Shown here one piece after another: positions 25,288 to 35,392 of a stretch of DNA of 51,392 nt (position 1 is the stretch's first letter; each line of letters opens with the position of its first letter). Source of the stretch: Candidatus Binatia bacterium. Lineage in GTDB: Bacteria; Desulfobacterota; Binatia; UBA1149; CAITLU01. Below the pieces are notes generated by a model, which worked only from the letters and a program-made list of their open reading frames with translations, ran no database searches and was not told the origin of the DNA. The stretch lies in assembly GCA_046260515.1 (NCBI GenBank), contig JBHEPB010000260.1:1-51392 (forward strand), read 5' to 3'. The position numbers were made by a program, and so were the translations under genes.

Positions 25288-27138
25288 ATGAGCAGAACCT
25301 TCGCAGACAGATGGTGGTCGGAAACTCCTGACGCCGTCGTCCTGGTTTCGAAGGACGGCGCGGTCCTCAAGTGGAACCGGGCCGCGGAGTCGATCTTCGG
25401 CTACGCCGAGTCCGAAATGATCGGGCGCTCCCTCCTCGAAGCCACCGTTCCCCGCGAAAGGATCCGGGAGGAGACGCAAAGGTTGGAGAAAGCCGCCTCC
25501 GGGGCCACGGAGGTGTACGAGGCCCAGCGCCGCCGCAAGGACGGGACCCTCGTCTACGCGAGCGTCTCGCTCAAGGCCCTGCCCGACGACGACGGCGTAG
25601 CGCGGCAGTTTCTCGAGACCACCAAGGACATCACCGAGCTCAAGGTTTTGCGCGATGCCAAGCTTTGCGAAGCGCGTTTTCGCGACCTGCTCGAATGCTC
25701 TCCCGATGCGACCGTGATCGTCAATTCGATCGGTCGCATCGTCATGGTCAACAGCCAGGCCGAATCGGTGTTCGGCGCCACGCGCAACGAACTCCTCGGG
25801 CATCCCGTCGAGGTGCTGCTGCCCGCGCGTTTCCGCGTCGCCCACCACGCCCACCGCAACTCCTTCATCGAGACGCCGCGCAAGCGGTCCATGGGCGTGG
25901 ACCTCGAACTCTACGGCCTGCGCCGCAACGGCGAGGAGTTTCCGGTGGAGATCAGCCTGAGCCCCCTCGAAACCGAGGAGGGGGTCCTGGTGATGAGCGC
26001 CGTTCGCGACACGAGCGACCGGCAGAAGGCCCAGAAGAAGTTCCGCGACCTCCTCGAGTCGGCCCCCGACGCCATGGTCATCGTGGACCGCGCCGGCAGC
26101 ATCGTGCTCGTCAACTCGCAAACCGAGAAGCTCTTCGGGTACCGGCGCCAAGCCCTGCTCGGCAAGCCCGTGGAATGCCTGGTACCCGAGCGCCACCGCG
26201 CCCGCCACGGTGCCCACCGCAGCGGCTTCTTCCACCAGCCTCGCGTGCGTTCCATGGGAGCCGGGCTAGAGCTGTACGGGGTGCGGAGCAACGGCGAGGA
26301 ATTCCCGGTGGAGATCAGTCTGAGCCCCATCGAAACCGAGGACGGCGTGCTGATTTCCAGCGCGATCCGCGATGCGACCGAGCGCAAGCGCTTCGAGCAG
26401 ACCCTCAACGAAGCGAACCGCCTGAAGAGCGAGTTCCTCGCCACGATGTCCCACGAGCTGCGCACTCCGCTCAACGGCATCATCGGCTTCTCCGAGTTCC
26501 TGGTGGACGAGAAGCCCGGCCCCCTCAATCCTCGCCAGCGCGAGTACCTCAACGACATCCTCAACAGCGGCCGCCACCTCCTGCAGCTCATCAACGACGT
26601 CCTCGACCTGTCCAAGGTGGAAGTGGGAAAGATGGAGATCTTCCCCGAGCGCTTCCGGCTGCCCGAGGCCATCCAGGAGATCTGCGCGGTCATTTCGCCC
26701 CTGGCCGACCAGAAGAACGTGGCGATCCGCTGCGAAATCGCGCCGGACGTGGAAACGGTGGTACTCGACCCCCAGAAGTTCCGCCAGGTGCTCTACAACC
26801 TGCTGTCGAACGCCGTCAAATTCACCGACGAAAACGGGCTCGTGGAGATCACGGTGAGACGGGGCGACGCCCACGAACTCACCCTCGCCGTGCGCGACAC
26901 CGGAGTCGGCATCCGCCAGGAAGATCTCAGCCGCCTCTTCGTGGAGTTCCAGCAGCTCGATTCGAGTTCGGCGCGGCGTTACCCCGGCACCGGGCTCGGC
27001 CTGGCCCTCACCCGCAAGATCGTCGAGCTCCAGTCCGGCCGCATCGACGTCGAGAGCGAGTTCGGCAGCGGAAGCTGCTTCACGGTGATCCTGCCCCACG
27101 CTCTCGGCGGCGCGGCGGGCAACGGAAGCCGCGCGTGA
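25288..27138 (+). CDS. cytoplasmic sensor histidine kinase with three PAS/PAC domains
   Basis: Track ORF 25198..27138. I use the ATG at 25288, 8 nt after GGGGGAGAGGA. Three PAS repeats are visible (...KWNRAAESIFGY..., ...VMVNSQAESVFG..., ...VLVNSQTEKLFGY...). The H-box is [16 protein letters not shown], and N/G boxes are present (YNLLSNAVKFT, DTGVGI, GTGLGLALT). Confidence 0.9.
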   Translation: MSRTFADRWWSETPDAVVLVSKDGAVLKWNRAAESIFGYAESEMIGRSLLEATVPRERIREETQRLEKAASGATEVYEAQRRRKDGTLVYASVSLKALPDDDGVARQFLETTKDITELKVLRDAKLCEARFRDLLECSPDATVIVNSIGRIVMVNSQAESVFGATRNELLGHPVEVLLPARFRVAHHAHRNSFIETPRKRSMGVDLELYGLRRNGEEFPVEISLSPLETEEGVLVMSAVRDTSDRQKAQKKFRDLLESAPDAMVIVDRAGSIVLVNSQTEKLFGYRRQALLGKPVECLVPERHRARHGAHRSGFFHQPRVRSMGAGLELYGVRSNGEEFPVEISLSPIETEDGVLISSAIRDATERKRFEQTLNEANRLKSEFLATMSHELRTPLNGIIGFSEFLVDEKPGPLNPRQREYLNDILNSGRHLLQLINDVLDLSKVEVGKMEIFPERFRLPEAIQEICAVISPLADQKNVAIRCEIAPDVETVVLDPQKFRQVLYNLLSNAVKFTDENGLVEITVRRGDAHELTLAVRDTGVGIRQEDLSRLFVEFQQLDSSSARRYPGTGLGLALTRKIVELQSGRIDVESEFGSGSCFTVILPHALGGAAGNGSRA

Positions 27139-27941
27139 CCACGCCGCGCGACAGCGGTGCGGCAAGGCGCGTGCTGGTCGTGGACGACAACCCGGTCAAC
27201 CTGAAGCTCGCCTGCGACATCCTCGAGAGCGAGGGCTACGCGGTCGACCGCGCGGAGGATGCCGACCAGGCCCTCGTCGCCATCGAGACCGCGCCGCCCG
27301 ACCTCATCCTGATGGACATCGCCCTTCCCGGCATGGACGGCCTCACGCTCACTCGCAAGCTGAGGGACGAGCAGAAGTGCGTCGGCGTTCCCATCGTCGC
27401 GCTCACCGCCTTCGCGATGAAGGGCGACGACGCCAAGGCCAGGGAGGCCGGCTGCGACGGCTACATCACCAAGCCGATCGACACCCGCCGTTTTCCCGCG
27501 CAGGTGGCGGAGTACCTCGACCGCGCGGACGAGCCTGCGCGGCCTGCCGCCCTGCACGTTCTCGTGATCGAGGACGATGAGATCGACCTCAAGCTGGTGA
27601 GCCTGGTGCTGGCGACGGCCGGCGTCTCGGTGCGCCGCAGTGTGTCCGCCGAGCTGGCCGTCGAGATGATCCTCGAAGACCGGCCGGACGTGATCTTGCT
27701 CGACCTGCGCCTTCCCGGGATGGACGGCCCCTCGTTCACCCGCCGCCTCCGTGCCGACGAGCGTGTCGCCTCCATCCCCGTCGTCGCCGTTACCGCTTAC
27801 CCCGAAAAATTCGACCCCGACGAGATGGCGGAGATCGGCTGCGACCTCTGCATCGTCAAGCCCATCGACACCCGCGAGCTTACCCGGACCCTGGAGAGCG
27901 TGGTTCGCAAGCACCGCGAACCGGAGGAGCCGCGGTCGTGA
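27135..27941 (+). CDS. response regulator with two tandem receiver domains and no output domain
   Basis: This is the last 269 codons of track ORF 25371..27941. The GTG at 27135 overlaps the kinase stop as GTGA. REC1 shows VLVVDDNPVN..LILMDIALPGMDG..GCDGYITKPID. REC2 shows VLVIEDDEID..VILLDLRLPGMDG..CDLCIVKPID. Confidence 0.87.
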   Translation: MTTPRDSGAARRVLVVDDNPVNLKLACDILESEGYAVDRAEDADQALVAIETAPPDLILMDIALPGMDGLTLTRKLRDEQKCVGVPIVALTAFAMKGDDAKAREAGCDGYITKPIDTRRFPAQVAEYLDRADEPARPAALHVLVIEDDEIDLKLVSLVLATAGVSVRRSVSAELAVEMILEDRPDVILLDLRLPGMDGPSFTRRLRADERVASIPVVAVTAYPEKFDPDEMAEIGCDLCIVKPIDTRELTRTLESVVRKHREPEEPRS

Positions 27942-29200
27942 GGATCCTCATCGTCGAGGACCACGCGAGCAGCCGCAAGCTGCTACGGGCCCAGCTCGAG
28001 GCCGAAGGGATCGAAGTCGTCGAGACCACCGACGGGCTGGAAGCCCTGGAGGCCCTGAGAACGACGGCCGTCGACGTGGTCGTCTCCGACATCCTGATGC
28101 CGAACCTCGACGGGTTCCGGCTCTGCCACGAAGTCCGCAACGACCCCGCCCTCGCCCACCTGCCCTTCCTGCTCTACACCAGCACCTACAACTCGCCGGC
28201 CGACCGCCAGCTTGCCGAGACCGTGGGCGTGGACTGTTTCGTCACCAAGCCGGCCCCGCTGCCGGTTCTGCTCCAGGCCATCGAAGAAGCCCGCACCAGG
28301 CCCCACGAGCAGCACGCGGTCCCGCTCAGCGAGCACGACGAGAACTACGTGCTCAAGCGCTACAGCGAGGCCCTGGTCCGCAAGCTGGAGGAGAAGAACG
28401 CTGAACTCGAGAGTGCCCTCTCCGAGATCCAGCACTCGCACCAGGCCATCCTCGACCTCAACATCGAGCTCGAATCCCGGGTGCAGAGGCGGACCCAGCA
28501 GCTGGAGGAGGCCAACCGCGAGCTCGAGGCCTTCACCTACTCCGTGTCCCACGACCTGAGAGCGCCCCTTCGCCGCATTGACGGCTTCGCCCGTCTGCTC
28601 GAGGCGGCAACCGGCAATACGCTGGACGAGGACGGGCGCAAGGCGATGGACATCATCCTGAAGTCCACGAAGGAGATGAGCGGCCTGATCGGCGACCTGC
28701 TCGCGTTCTCCCGCAGCGCGCGCTCCCCCCTTCAGCGCGAGGTGGTGGACCTGGACGCCCTCGTCGACGACGTGGTGGCGTCGACCGCGCTCGACGTGGG
28801 GAGCCGGCGCATCGAGTGGGAGAGGGGACAGCTTCCGCGGGTGTGGGGCGACCCGTCGCTGCTCAAGCAGGTGTTCGCCAACCTCGTTGACAATGCGGTC
28901 AAGTACACGAGGCCGAGGGACCCGGCGCTCATCCGCATCGCTCACGAAGGAAAGGAAGGCAGCCTCGCGGTGATTCGCGTGCAGGACAACGGCGTGGGGT
29001 TCGACCCGGAACAGACCGACAAGGTCTTTGGCGTGTTCCAGCGCCTTCACCGGCCGGACGAGTTCGAAGGCAGCGGAATCGGACTGGCCATCGTCGAGAA
29101 GATTGTTCACCGCCACTCGGGGCGAATCTGGGCGGAGTCGGTGCCGGGATCGGGATCCTCGTTCTTCCTCACTCTCCCGCCGGCCCCGGCCGAAGCGTGA
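27938..29200 (+). CDS. receiver-histidine kinase fusion (REC-HisKA-HATPase)
   Basis: 420 aa. The GTG start overlaps the previous stop as GTGA. REC shows ILIVEDHASS..VVVSDILMPNLDG..LLYTSTY..FVTKP. The H-box is FTYSVSHDLRAPLRRI, and the ATPase shows NLVDNAVKYT, DNGVGF and GSGIGLAIV. Confidence 0.9.
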   Translation: MRILIVEDHASSRKLLRAQLEAEGIEVVETTDGLEALEALRTTAVDVVVSDILMPNLDGFRLCHEVRNDPALAHLPFLLYTSTYNSPADRQLAETVGVDCFVTKPAPLPVLLQAIEEARTRPHEQHAVPLSEHDENYVLKRYSEALVRKLEEKNAELESALSEIQHSHQAILDLNIELESRVQRRTQQLEEANRELEAFTYSVSHDLRAPLRRIDGFARLLEAATGNTLDEDGRKAMDIILKSTKEMSGLIGDLLAFSRSARSPLQREVVDLDALVDDVVASTALDVGSRRIEWERGQLPRVWGDPSLLKQVFANLVDNAVKYTRPRDPALIRIAHEGKEGSLAVIRVQDNGVGFDPEQTDKVFGVFQRLHRPDEFEGSGIGLAIVEKIVHRHSGRIWAESVPGSGSSFFLTLPPAPAEA

Positions 29201-29202
29201 TT

Positions 29203-29233
29203 CCCAGGCGACGGCGCAGCGCCGCCGCCTGGG
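29203..29233. terminator. GC-rich hairpin between convergent genes (REC-HK and TadE-like)
   Basis: CCCAGGCG-ac-GGCGC-a-GCGCC-gc-CGCCTGGG forms nested perfect stems of 8+5 bp. It lies in the 52 nt gap between the stops at 29200 (+) and 29253 (-). Confidence 0.5.
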
Positions 29234-29252
29234 TCAGGATCCGAGAGGGGGC

Positions 29253-29681
29253 CTACTCGTTCTCGGCCACGACACGCACCGTCACGTCCATGTCGCCGTC
29301 GTCGCTGGAGTAGAGCCCCATCAGCTTGGAGAGCACCGGGAACTCGGCCTGGTAGGTGAGGTCCACGGTGAGGTCGGTTCCGGGGGTACCGCCGACGTTC
29401 GAAAGCTCGATCGTGGCCATGGAAGGCGAGAGGCCCATGCCTTCGAGGGTGGTCCAGGTTGCCTGCAGGATCTCGGCCTCGGTGGCCTTCGGGCAACTCG
29501 CCTGGGAACCCACACGGGCCGCCTCGGCCGCGGCCGAGACCACGTTCTGGCGGATCCAGAAGGCCTGGCCGAACTCGACGACGCCGAAGGTCGTCAGCAG
29601 CAGCACGGGCAGGGAGAAGGCCGCTTCGAGCACCGCCGATCCGCGGGTGCCCTTGTCATCGCTACGCTTGCAGGTACGCAT
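29253..29681 (-). CDS. TadE-like pilus assembly / pseudopilin-like protein
   Basis: Part of track ORF 29253..30104. ATGs lie at 29687 and 29681, and the AAGGAG spacing favours 29681. The N-terminus ...RGSAVLEAAFSLPVLLLTTFGVVEFGQAF is the TadE signature. Confidence 0.8.
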   Translation of the reverse strand: MRTCKRSDDKGTRGSAVLEAAFSLPVLLLTTFGVVEFGQAFWIRQNVVSAAAEAARVGSQASCPKATEAEILQATWTTLEGMGLSPSMATIELSNVGGTPGTDLTVDLTYQAEFPVLSKLMGLYSSDDGDMDVTVRVVAENE

Positions 29682-29692
29682 CTTCATTCTCC

Positions 29693-30862
29693 TTAGCGAA
29701 CCAGGTCCGGGCCGCCGGCCAGCACTCCAAAGTCGGGACCGCCGCTCTCGGCCAGGGGCAGCACGTCGCACTGCACCCTCGCCTCGATGCGACCGTCCCC
29801 GCCCGTGTCCACGTGGGTGATCACGGCCCGCGCCACCCCGAGGATGCGGATCGGCCCGCTGGGGTTGCTGCAGTCGTCGCGGTCGTACACGGGAATGAGG
29901 ACGGGCAGCTCGTTCTTCGCGTTCTTCTTGGCGTTGTAGAGGTCCATCACTTCGCCGAGCACGCTCGAGAGCGTTCCGCCGGTGAACTCGAAGGTCGACT
30001 TGGTGATGTCGATCTCCGGGCTCACGAAGGTGCCCAGCCGGAGGCCCTTGACGATGGATTTGAGTTCGGCAGCGTTGGCCGGCGTCTTCTCGAAGGTGTG
30101 CCAACCCACACAGCCCTGGGCCGAGCCGGTGGGGTGGAAGGTGAGCTTGTTGCCCGTGGTGCAGGGCGAGGCGTGGGCGGCGTACCAGGCCTTCGCGATG
30201 GCCACGGGGAAGTCGGCGGTGCCCTTGGGCAGGTAGCGGATACCGCTCAGGCGCGAGGCCGCCCCGGCCTGGACGGGGACGCCCTCGGTACCGAAGACGC
30301 CGGCGAAGAACATGTTGACGATGCCGTTGGAGGTCTCGTCACGGCGCGCCGTCACCTGGACGGCGTTGACGCCGTACGTCGCCGCTTCGAAGGCGCCGGA
30401 CTGGTCGTTCCACTTCCCGATCGTCACGTCGCTGCCGGGAAGCACGATGGAAGTGCCGCCGGCGCTGTTGATGCGGGCACGACGGTCGGCCGCATCGCTG
30501 ATGCGGAACTTCTCGGTGGCCGTCAGCGTGTCGGTGAGCGGATCCTCGCGGCCTTCGGAGATGTAAACCCGGGCCAGTTCCTGGGCCGCCGATTTGGCGG
30601 CCAGGTCGGCCACCGTCTGCAACTCGGCCTCGATCACCTTGAGGTTGCCGATGTCGATGACCAGGGCGGTCGCGCTGACCACCGCCACCATCGAGATCGC
30701 CACCGCCACGGTGGTCGAACCCTTCTGGCCGCGGCGAGGCCGGACCGCGCTTCCCGTCGTGGACAGCTGCCGCGAGCTCGACGCGAGGACAATGGACGAT
30801 CCCGCCGTACGGCGTTCGGCCTCGCACGGCGGACACGGAAGGGTCAAGTGGTTGGTGTTCAT
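29693..30862 (-). CDS. TadG-like protein (Tad N-terminal domain, putative pilus-associated)
   Basis: 389 aa. RGQKGSTTVAVAISMVAVVSATALVIDIGN matches the TadG-like N-terminal domain. The TAA stop lies inside the RBS of the downstream TadE-like gene. No SD precedes the ATG at 30862, so the true start may be internal. Confidence 0.72.
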   Translation of the reverse strand: MNTNHLTLPCPPCEAERRTAGSSIVLASSSRQLSTTGSAVRPRRGQKGSTTVAVAISMVAVVSATALVIDIGNLKVIEAELQTVADLAAKSAAQELARVYISEGREDPLTDTLTATEKFRISDAADRRARINSAGGTSIVLPGSDVTIGKWNDQSGAFEAATYGVNAVQVTARRDETSNGIVNMFFAGVFGTEGVPVQAGAASRLSGIRYLPKGTADFPVAIAKAWYAAHASPCTTGNKLTFHPTGSAQGCVGWHTFEKTPANAAELKSIVKGLRLGTFVSPEIDITKSTFEFTGGTLSSVLGEVMDLYNAKKNAKNELPVLIPVYDRDDCSNPSGPIRILGVARAVITHVDTGGDGRIEARVQCDVLPLAESGGPDFGVLAGGPDLVR

Positions 30863-31096
30863 GCCGACAGAATACGAAGAAAACGACAGCGGACCAGACG
30901 GATGTTTCCCGCACAGTCCTCGGTGGATACGCTCCGTCCACCCCGAACATCCCGCGGAGACCTCCGGGGAAGTCCCCGGGGCGCGTGCTCGGCGACCCGG
31001 AGTTTCCCGGAGCGGATTCGGTGTTGGTCCGGGCAGGAAATGTCGGAAGGAAGCACAGCTTCGACCGCGGCGGGCCGAGCGCGGTGCTGGAACGCT

Positions 31097-33208
31097 TCAA
31101 GCCTTGCGGGAAGCGTCGCGGGGCCCGAGGATCTGCTCCACCGCGGAGCAGATGCCGTCGATGGTGTCCGGCTTCTCGAGGAGCTGGACGATGCCCACCG
31201 CGGCGCACTGCTCCTTCAGTTCCTCGGTGACGTAGCCTGAGGCCATCACCACGGGGAGGTTCGGCCTCAGTTTCAGCACCTCGCGGGCGACCTGGAGGCC
31301 GGAGACCTGGGGCATGTTGTAGTCGGTGACCACCAGGTCGAAGCCGTCGGGATCGGCGCGAAGGGCGGCCAGGGCATCGTCGGCGCGGGCGAAACCGCTC
31401 ACCCGGTAGCCATGCTGGGTCAACATGCGCACCGCCAGGAACACCAGGGCCTCCTCGTCGTCCAGGTAGAGGACGTGCTCTCCCTGGCCGCGGGAAGGCC
31501 GGGTGGGGGCAGCGCGATCGGGCTCCGCCCTCTCCACGCTTTCCGGGAACAGGATCTCGAAGGCCGTGCCCTTTCCCGGTTCGCTCGTCACCGAAATCGT
31601 CCCTCCAAGGGCCTCGACGGCCCCGTGGACCACGGAGAGCCCGAGGCCGGTGCCGCTGCCGGCGGGCTTGGTGGTGAAGAAGGGCTCGAAGATGCGGCCC
31701 TTCGTCGCTTCGTCCATGCCGACACCGTCGTCCTTCACCACGAGACGGGCGAATCGCGCGACGCGGCTGCCGGACAGGGCCTCTCGGTCCTCGCCTGCGA
31801 CGGAATCGACCCGGATGACGATGCTTCCGGAGTCCCCTTCGATGGCATGCCAGGCGTTGGTGCCGAGATTAAGAAGGATCTGGTGCACCTGGACGCTGTC
31901 GGCAAGGATGTTCGGCAGCGCTTCGCCGGCCGTGAACTCCACCCGGATTCCCGCCGGCAACGTCGAGCGCAGCATGTGGACGGCCTCCTCCACCACCGCC
32001 CCAAGGGAAACCACCGAAAGCTCCGTCGTGTTCTTGCGGCTGAAGGTGAGGATCTGCTGCACGAGGCGCCGGGCCCGCTGGCCCGCCCTCGTGATCTCCT
32101 CGAGGCTGCGGCGGGTGCCCTGCGACAACTTGTCGTCCATGGCGGCCAGCTCGGCGTTGCCGAGAATGGCCGCCAGGATGTTGTTGAAGTCGTGGGCGAT
32201 GCCGCCGGCCAGGGTCCCGATGGCGTCCATCTTCTGGGCCCGCTGCAGCTGTTCTTCCAGGACCCGGCGCGACTGCTCGATCTCCTTGCGCTCCGTGATG
32301 TCCTCGGTGACGCCGGCGATGCGCCGAACAACGCCGTCGTCCTCGCGCACCGGAAAGGCCCTTTCGCGAACCCAGCGAAGAGAACCGTCCGGCCGAACGA
32401 TCCTGTACTCGTGCTCGTACTGGCCCACCGTGCGCCGGCTCGAAGTCAGCTCCCGCACCGCCTCGCGGTCGTCGGGGTGGATGGCGTCGAACCAGGAATA
32501 GAACTCATCGACGGCCGAGGCACAGGACCTGCCCCAGACGCGCTCGTAGGCGGGGCTCACGTAGAGCACCTTCGCCCGGTCGGGATCGCTCATCCAGAAC
32601 ACCTCGAGGACACTCTCGGCGAGCTGGCGGAAGCGCCCTTCGCTCTCGCGTAGTTCCTTCTCGATGCGGACACGCTCGGCAATGTTGCGCGCCAGGGCGT
32701 GCGAGGTGGCCTCCGCCTCGGCCATCTTGTCCTCGAGCTTGCGGATGAGGGCCTGGTTGTACTGGCGCAGGATCACCGTTTCGGTCTCGCCGCCCGGATC
32801 CGACACCTCCGGAGCCGGAGCCGGGGCCGGGCCGGCGGCCCGCCGTTCGAGGACTTCGTCGAGCCGGGCGCTCAGCACTTCCGGCTCGGCGGGCTTGATC
32901 AGGAAGGCATCGGCCCCGAGCTTGAGCGCCAGCTTCTCGTCCTGGGCATCGGTGTAGGTGGCGGTGTACACGACGAAAGGAATGTCGCGCAGGCTTTCGT
33001 TCGACTTCCAGTGCCGCAGCAGCGTGTACCCGTCCATCACCGGCATCAGGAGGTCGGAGACCACGAGGGCCGGCAGGAAGCTCCGTGTGGCGGCGAGGGC
33101 CTCTTCCCCGTGAGAGGCGGTCCGGACCTCCCACCCGCGGCCCTCCAGCAGGCTCTTCAGGTAGTAGCGGTTGGACTCGTCGTCGTCGACGATGAGAACC
33201 TTGGTCAT
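31097..33208 (-). CDS. hybrid sensor kinase REC-PAS-HisKA-HATPase-REC
   Basis: Part of track ORF 31097..33796. The ATG at 33208 follows AGGAGGGAG and overlaps the CheY-like stop as ATGA. REC shows VLIVDDDESN..VVSDLLMPVMDG..VVYTATYT..FLIKP. PAS shows FWMSDPDRAKVLYVSPAYERVWG. The H-box is GGIAHDFNNIL, and the C-terminal REC shows LVVTDYNMPQVSG. Confidence 0.9.
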   Translation of the reverse strand: MTKVLIVDDDESNRYYLKSLLEGRGWEVRTASHGEEALAATRSFLPALVVSDLLMPVMDGYTLLRHWKSNESLRDIPFVVYTATYTDAQDEKLALKLGADAFLIKPAEPEVLSARLDEVLERRAAGPAPAPAPEVSDPGGETETVILRQYNQALIRKLEDKMAEAEATSHALARNIAERVRIEKELRESEGRFRQLAESVLEVFWMSDPDRAKVLYVSPAYERVWGRSCASAVDEFYSWFDAIHPDDREAVRELTSSRRTVGQYEHEYRIVRPDGSLRWVRERAFPVREDDGVVRRIAGVTEDITERKEIEQSRRVLEEQLQRAQKMDAIGTLAGGIAHDFNNILAAILGNAELAAMDDKLSQGTRRSLEEITRAGQRARRLVQQILTFSRKNTTELSVVSLGAVVEEAVHMLRSTLPAGIRVEFTAGEALPNILADSVQVHQILLNLGTNAWHAIEGDSGSIVIRVDSVAGEDREALSGSRVARFARLVVKDDGVGMDEATKGRIFEPFFTTKPAGSGTGLGLSVVHGAVEALGGTISVTSEPGKGTAFEILFPESVERAEPDRAAPTRPSRGQGEHVLYLDDEEALVFLAVRMLTQHGYRVSGFARADDALAALRADPDGFDLVVTDYNMPQVSGLQVAREVLKLRPNLPVVMASGYVTEELKEQCAAVGIVQLLEKPDTIDGICSAVEQILGPRDASRKA

Positions 33209-33594
33209 GCTCCCTCCTGTGCCGGACCGCGGCCGAGGAAAGCACCGACATCCGCAACGAAGGTGACGGGGTCGATGGGCTTCTCCAGATAGCCGTCGCA
33301 TCCGGACGCCATCGCCTTCTCGCGGTCGCCTACCATGGCATAGGAGGTCACCGCCACGATCGGCACGCGGCCGAGATTGGGGTTCGTCCTGAGGTGACGG
33401 GCTACCGCGTAGCCGTCCATGGTGGGCAGCTGGATGTCGAGGAGAATGAGATCGGGAGTGCAGCGCTGGGCAACTTCGATTCCGGCCGCACCGCTCGAGG
33501 CCTGGGTCACTTCGAAGCCGGCGCTCTCGAGCAGGAAGCTGGCGAGGTAGCGGTTCGCCTCGTTGTCTTCGATCAGGAGCACTTTGGCCTTCAT
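33205..33594 (-). CDS. single-domain CheY-like response regulator
   Basis: 129 aa. Supporting strings are [25 protein letters not shown] and [11 protein letters not shown]. The ATG overlaps the upstream kinase stop as ATGA. Confidence 0.92.
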   Translation of the reverse strand: MKAKVLLIEDNEANRYLASFLLESAGFEVTQASSGAAGIEVAQRCTPDLILLDIQLPTMDGYAVARHLRTNPNLGRVPIVAVTSYAMVGDREKAMASGCDGYLEKPIDPVTFVADVGAFLGRGPAQEGA

Positions 33595-35090
33595 GTCGGC
33601 GTCCCCCCCGCAGCGGCGGGCGCCACCGCTGCAAGGCGGTGCCCCGCGACATCACGCGGCAACATGAATGCGAACGTACTGCCCTCCCCTCGTCGGCTCG
33701 CGGCTTCGATCGTGCCGCCGAGCAGGCCGGCCAGACGCCGGCAGATGGCGAGCCCCAACCCCGTGCCTTCGTGCTGCCGGGACAGACCCGTGTCAATCTG
33801 GCGGAAGGGTTCGAAGAGCGAGCCCAGGTCCTCCGCCCCGAGGCCGATGCCCGAGTCCTCGACCGCGAACCGGATGCGGTCGCCGGGAAGCGCTCCGCCC
33901 GCCTCGCTCCCGGCCTCGACGACCCCGGCCCTCAGGATCACCCCGCCCTGGTCCGTGAACTTGACGGCGTTCTGCAGGAGGTTCAGCAGGATCTGTTCGA
34001 TGCGGCGTTCATCGCTAGTCGCCGTACCGACCTCCGGCGCGACCTCCACGTCGAAGGAGAGCCCCTTGGCCTCGGCCAGGGGACGCACCGCATCGCCGGC
34101 CCGCTGCACCACCGACCCCACGTCGACCGGCTCACTGCGCACCTCGAGCTGGCCGGCCTCGATCCTGGAGATGTCCAAAACGTCGTTGATCAGCGCGAGC
34201 AGGTGGCGGGCGCTGCCCTGGACCAGCCCCAGTTGCTTGGCCTGCTCGGAGTTGAGGGGACCGGCAAGGCCTTGGGCGAGAATGCCGGTGAAGCCGATGA
34301 TGGAGTTGAGCGGCGTTCGCAGTTCGTGGGACATGGTGGCGAGGAAGGCCGACTTCACGCGGTCGGCCGCCTCGGCCCTCTCCTTGGCGTCCACCAACTC
34401 CAGGGCCTGGCGCTTCAGCACCTGGTTGAGTCCCCGAAGTTCGGCCTCGAATTCCACTCGCGCGCGATGCTCGCGGTGGGCCCTCCACGAGGCCACGAGA
34501 ACGAGAGCGGCGAAGGCGAGCATCCCCGTCATCAGAAGGAGCTGGGCGATCCGGGCTCCGAACAGCCCGCGGGTACTGTGGTACGTGAGTGCGTCGCGCT
34601 CCTCGGCCTCGAGTTCCTCGAGGATGCCGCGACTCTCCAGCTGAAGCGCGTCGCCGTTGCCGCCGGCTACCAGGGCGGCCGCCGCTTCGAGGCCCCTTTC
34701 CTGTCTCGCACGAACGACCTCGTCGACGACCTCGATCCGTCGCTGCAGAAGGGCATCGAGCCGGTCGAGGTGCGCGAGTTCTTCGGCGCGACCGGCGGCC
34801 AGGTCGCGAAGGCGAGCGCTCTGCGCAGAGATGGATTCGCGCGCCGCCTGGTAGCTCTCGAGAAAGCGGGAATGACCGGTGAGGGCATAGCCGCGCTCGC
34901 CGATCTGGAGCTCGACCGCCAGCAGCAGCAGGGCCTCGCTCTCCTTGAGCATCTGCTCGGCGTGGCGGGCGTCGCGCCCTTCGCGGGCGAGGAAACCTAG
35001 GCCGAAGTACGTGGCGATGGCGACCGTGCTCACCACCAGCAGCGCGGCAAGAAAGAAACGAAGCCCCGGAAGGCCGACCGTGGTTCCCAT
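33591..35090 (-). CDS. membrane sensor histidine kinase with CHASE3-like extracytoplasmic domain
   Basis: Part of track ORF 33591..35474, starting at the ATG at 35090 ([29 protein letters not shown]). The CHASE3-like string is [23 protein letters not shown] second TM is [17 protein letters not shown]. The H-box is [16 protein letters not shown] and the ATPase shows [19 protein letters not shown]. Confidence 0.87.
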   Translation of the reverse strand: MGTTVGLPGLRFFLAALLVVSTVAIATYFGLGFLAREGRDARHAEQMLKESEALLLLAVELQIGERGYALTGHSRFLESYQAARESISAQSARLRDLAAGRAEELAHLDRLDALLQRRIEVVDEVVRARQERGLEAAAALVAGGNGDALQLESRGILEELEAEERDALTYHSTRGLFGARIAQLLLMTGMLAFAALVLVASWRAHREHRARVEFEAELRGLNQVLKRQALELVDAKERAEAADRVKSAFLATMSHELRTPLNSIIGFTGILAQGLAGPLNSEQAKQLGLVQGSARHLLALINDVLDISRIEAGQLEVRSEPVDVGSVVQRAGDAVRPLAEAKGLSFDVEVAPEVGTATSDERRIEQILLNLLQNAVKFTDQGGVILRAGVVEAGSEAGGALPGDRIRFAVEDSGIGLGAEDLGSLFEPFRQIDTGLSRQHEGTGLGLAICRRLAGLLGGTIEAASRRGEGSTFAFMLPRDVAGHRLAAVAPAAAGGTPT

Positions 35091-35392
35091 GAGTTCTCTA
35101 AAGGAACCTACGCCTGCGTCCGGACTGGTGCGAGGGCGGCAGTGGAAAGTAGCGGCAGCGCGACACGACGCCAACGCACGGCGTGCGCCGATTCCGCCCG
35201 TAGTGTGAACCAGCGAACACTTCGGAGCGCCGAGCCCCAATGCGGAGAAACCCTTGGCCCGGCTCCCTTCTCCCCGGGTTTCCCCTTGGTCCAAGACGGG
35301 GAGCGACCCGGGCATCCCGGCGGATGCTCCGTATCGGAATGGGGAGAAGACCCATCTACCGGAAAGTTCCCAACGGCAGTACCCACGTCGGT

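Noticed and set aside
25371-27134. The first 588 codons of track ORF 25371..27941 (856 aa).
   Set aside because: This part is out of frame with, and overlaps, the PAS kinase, and its translation is R/P-rich. Only the portion from the GTG at 27135 encodes the dual-REC protein.
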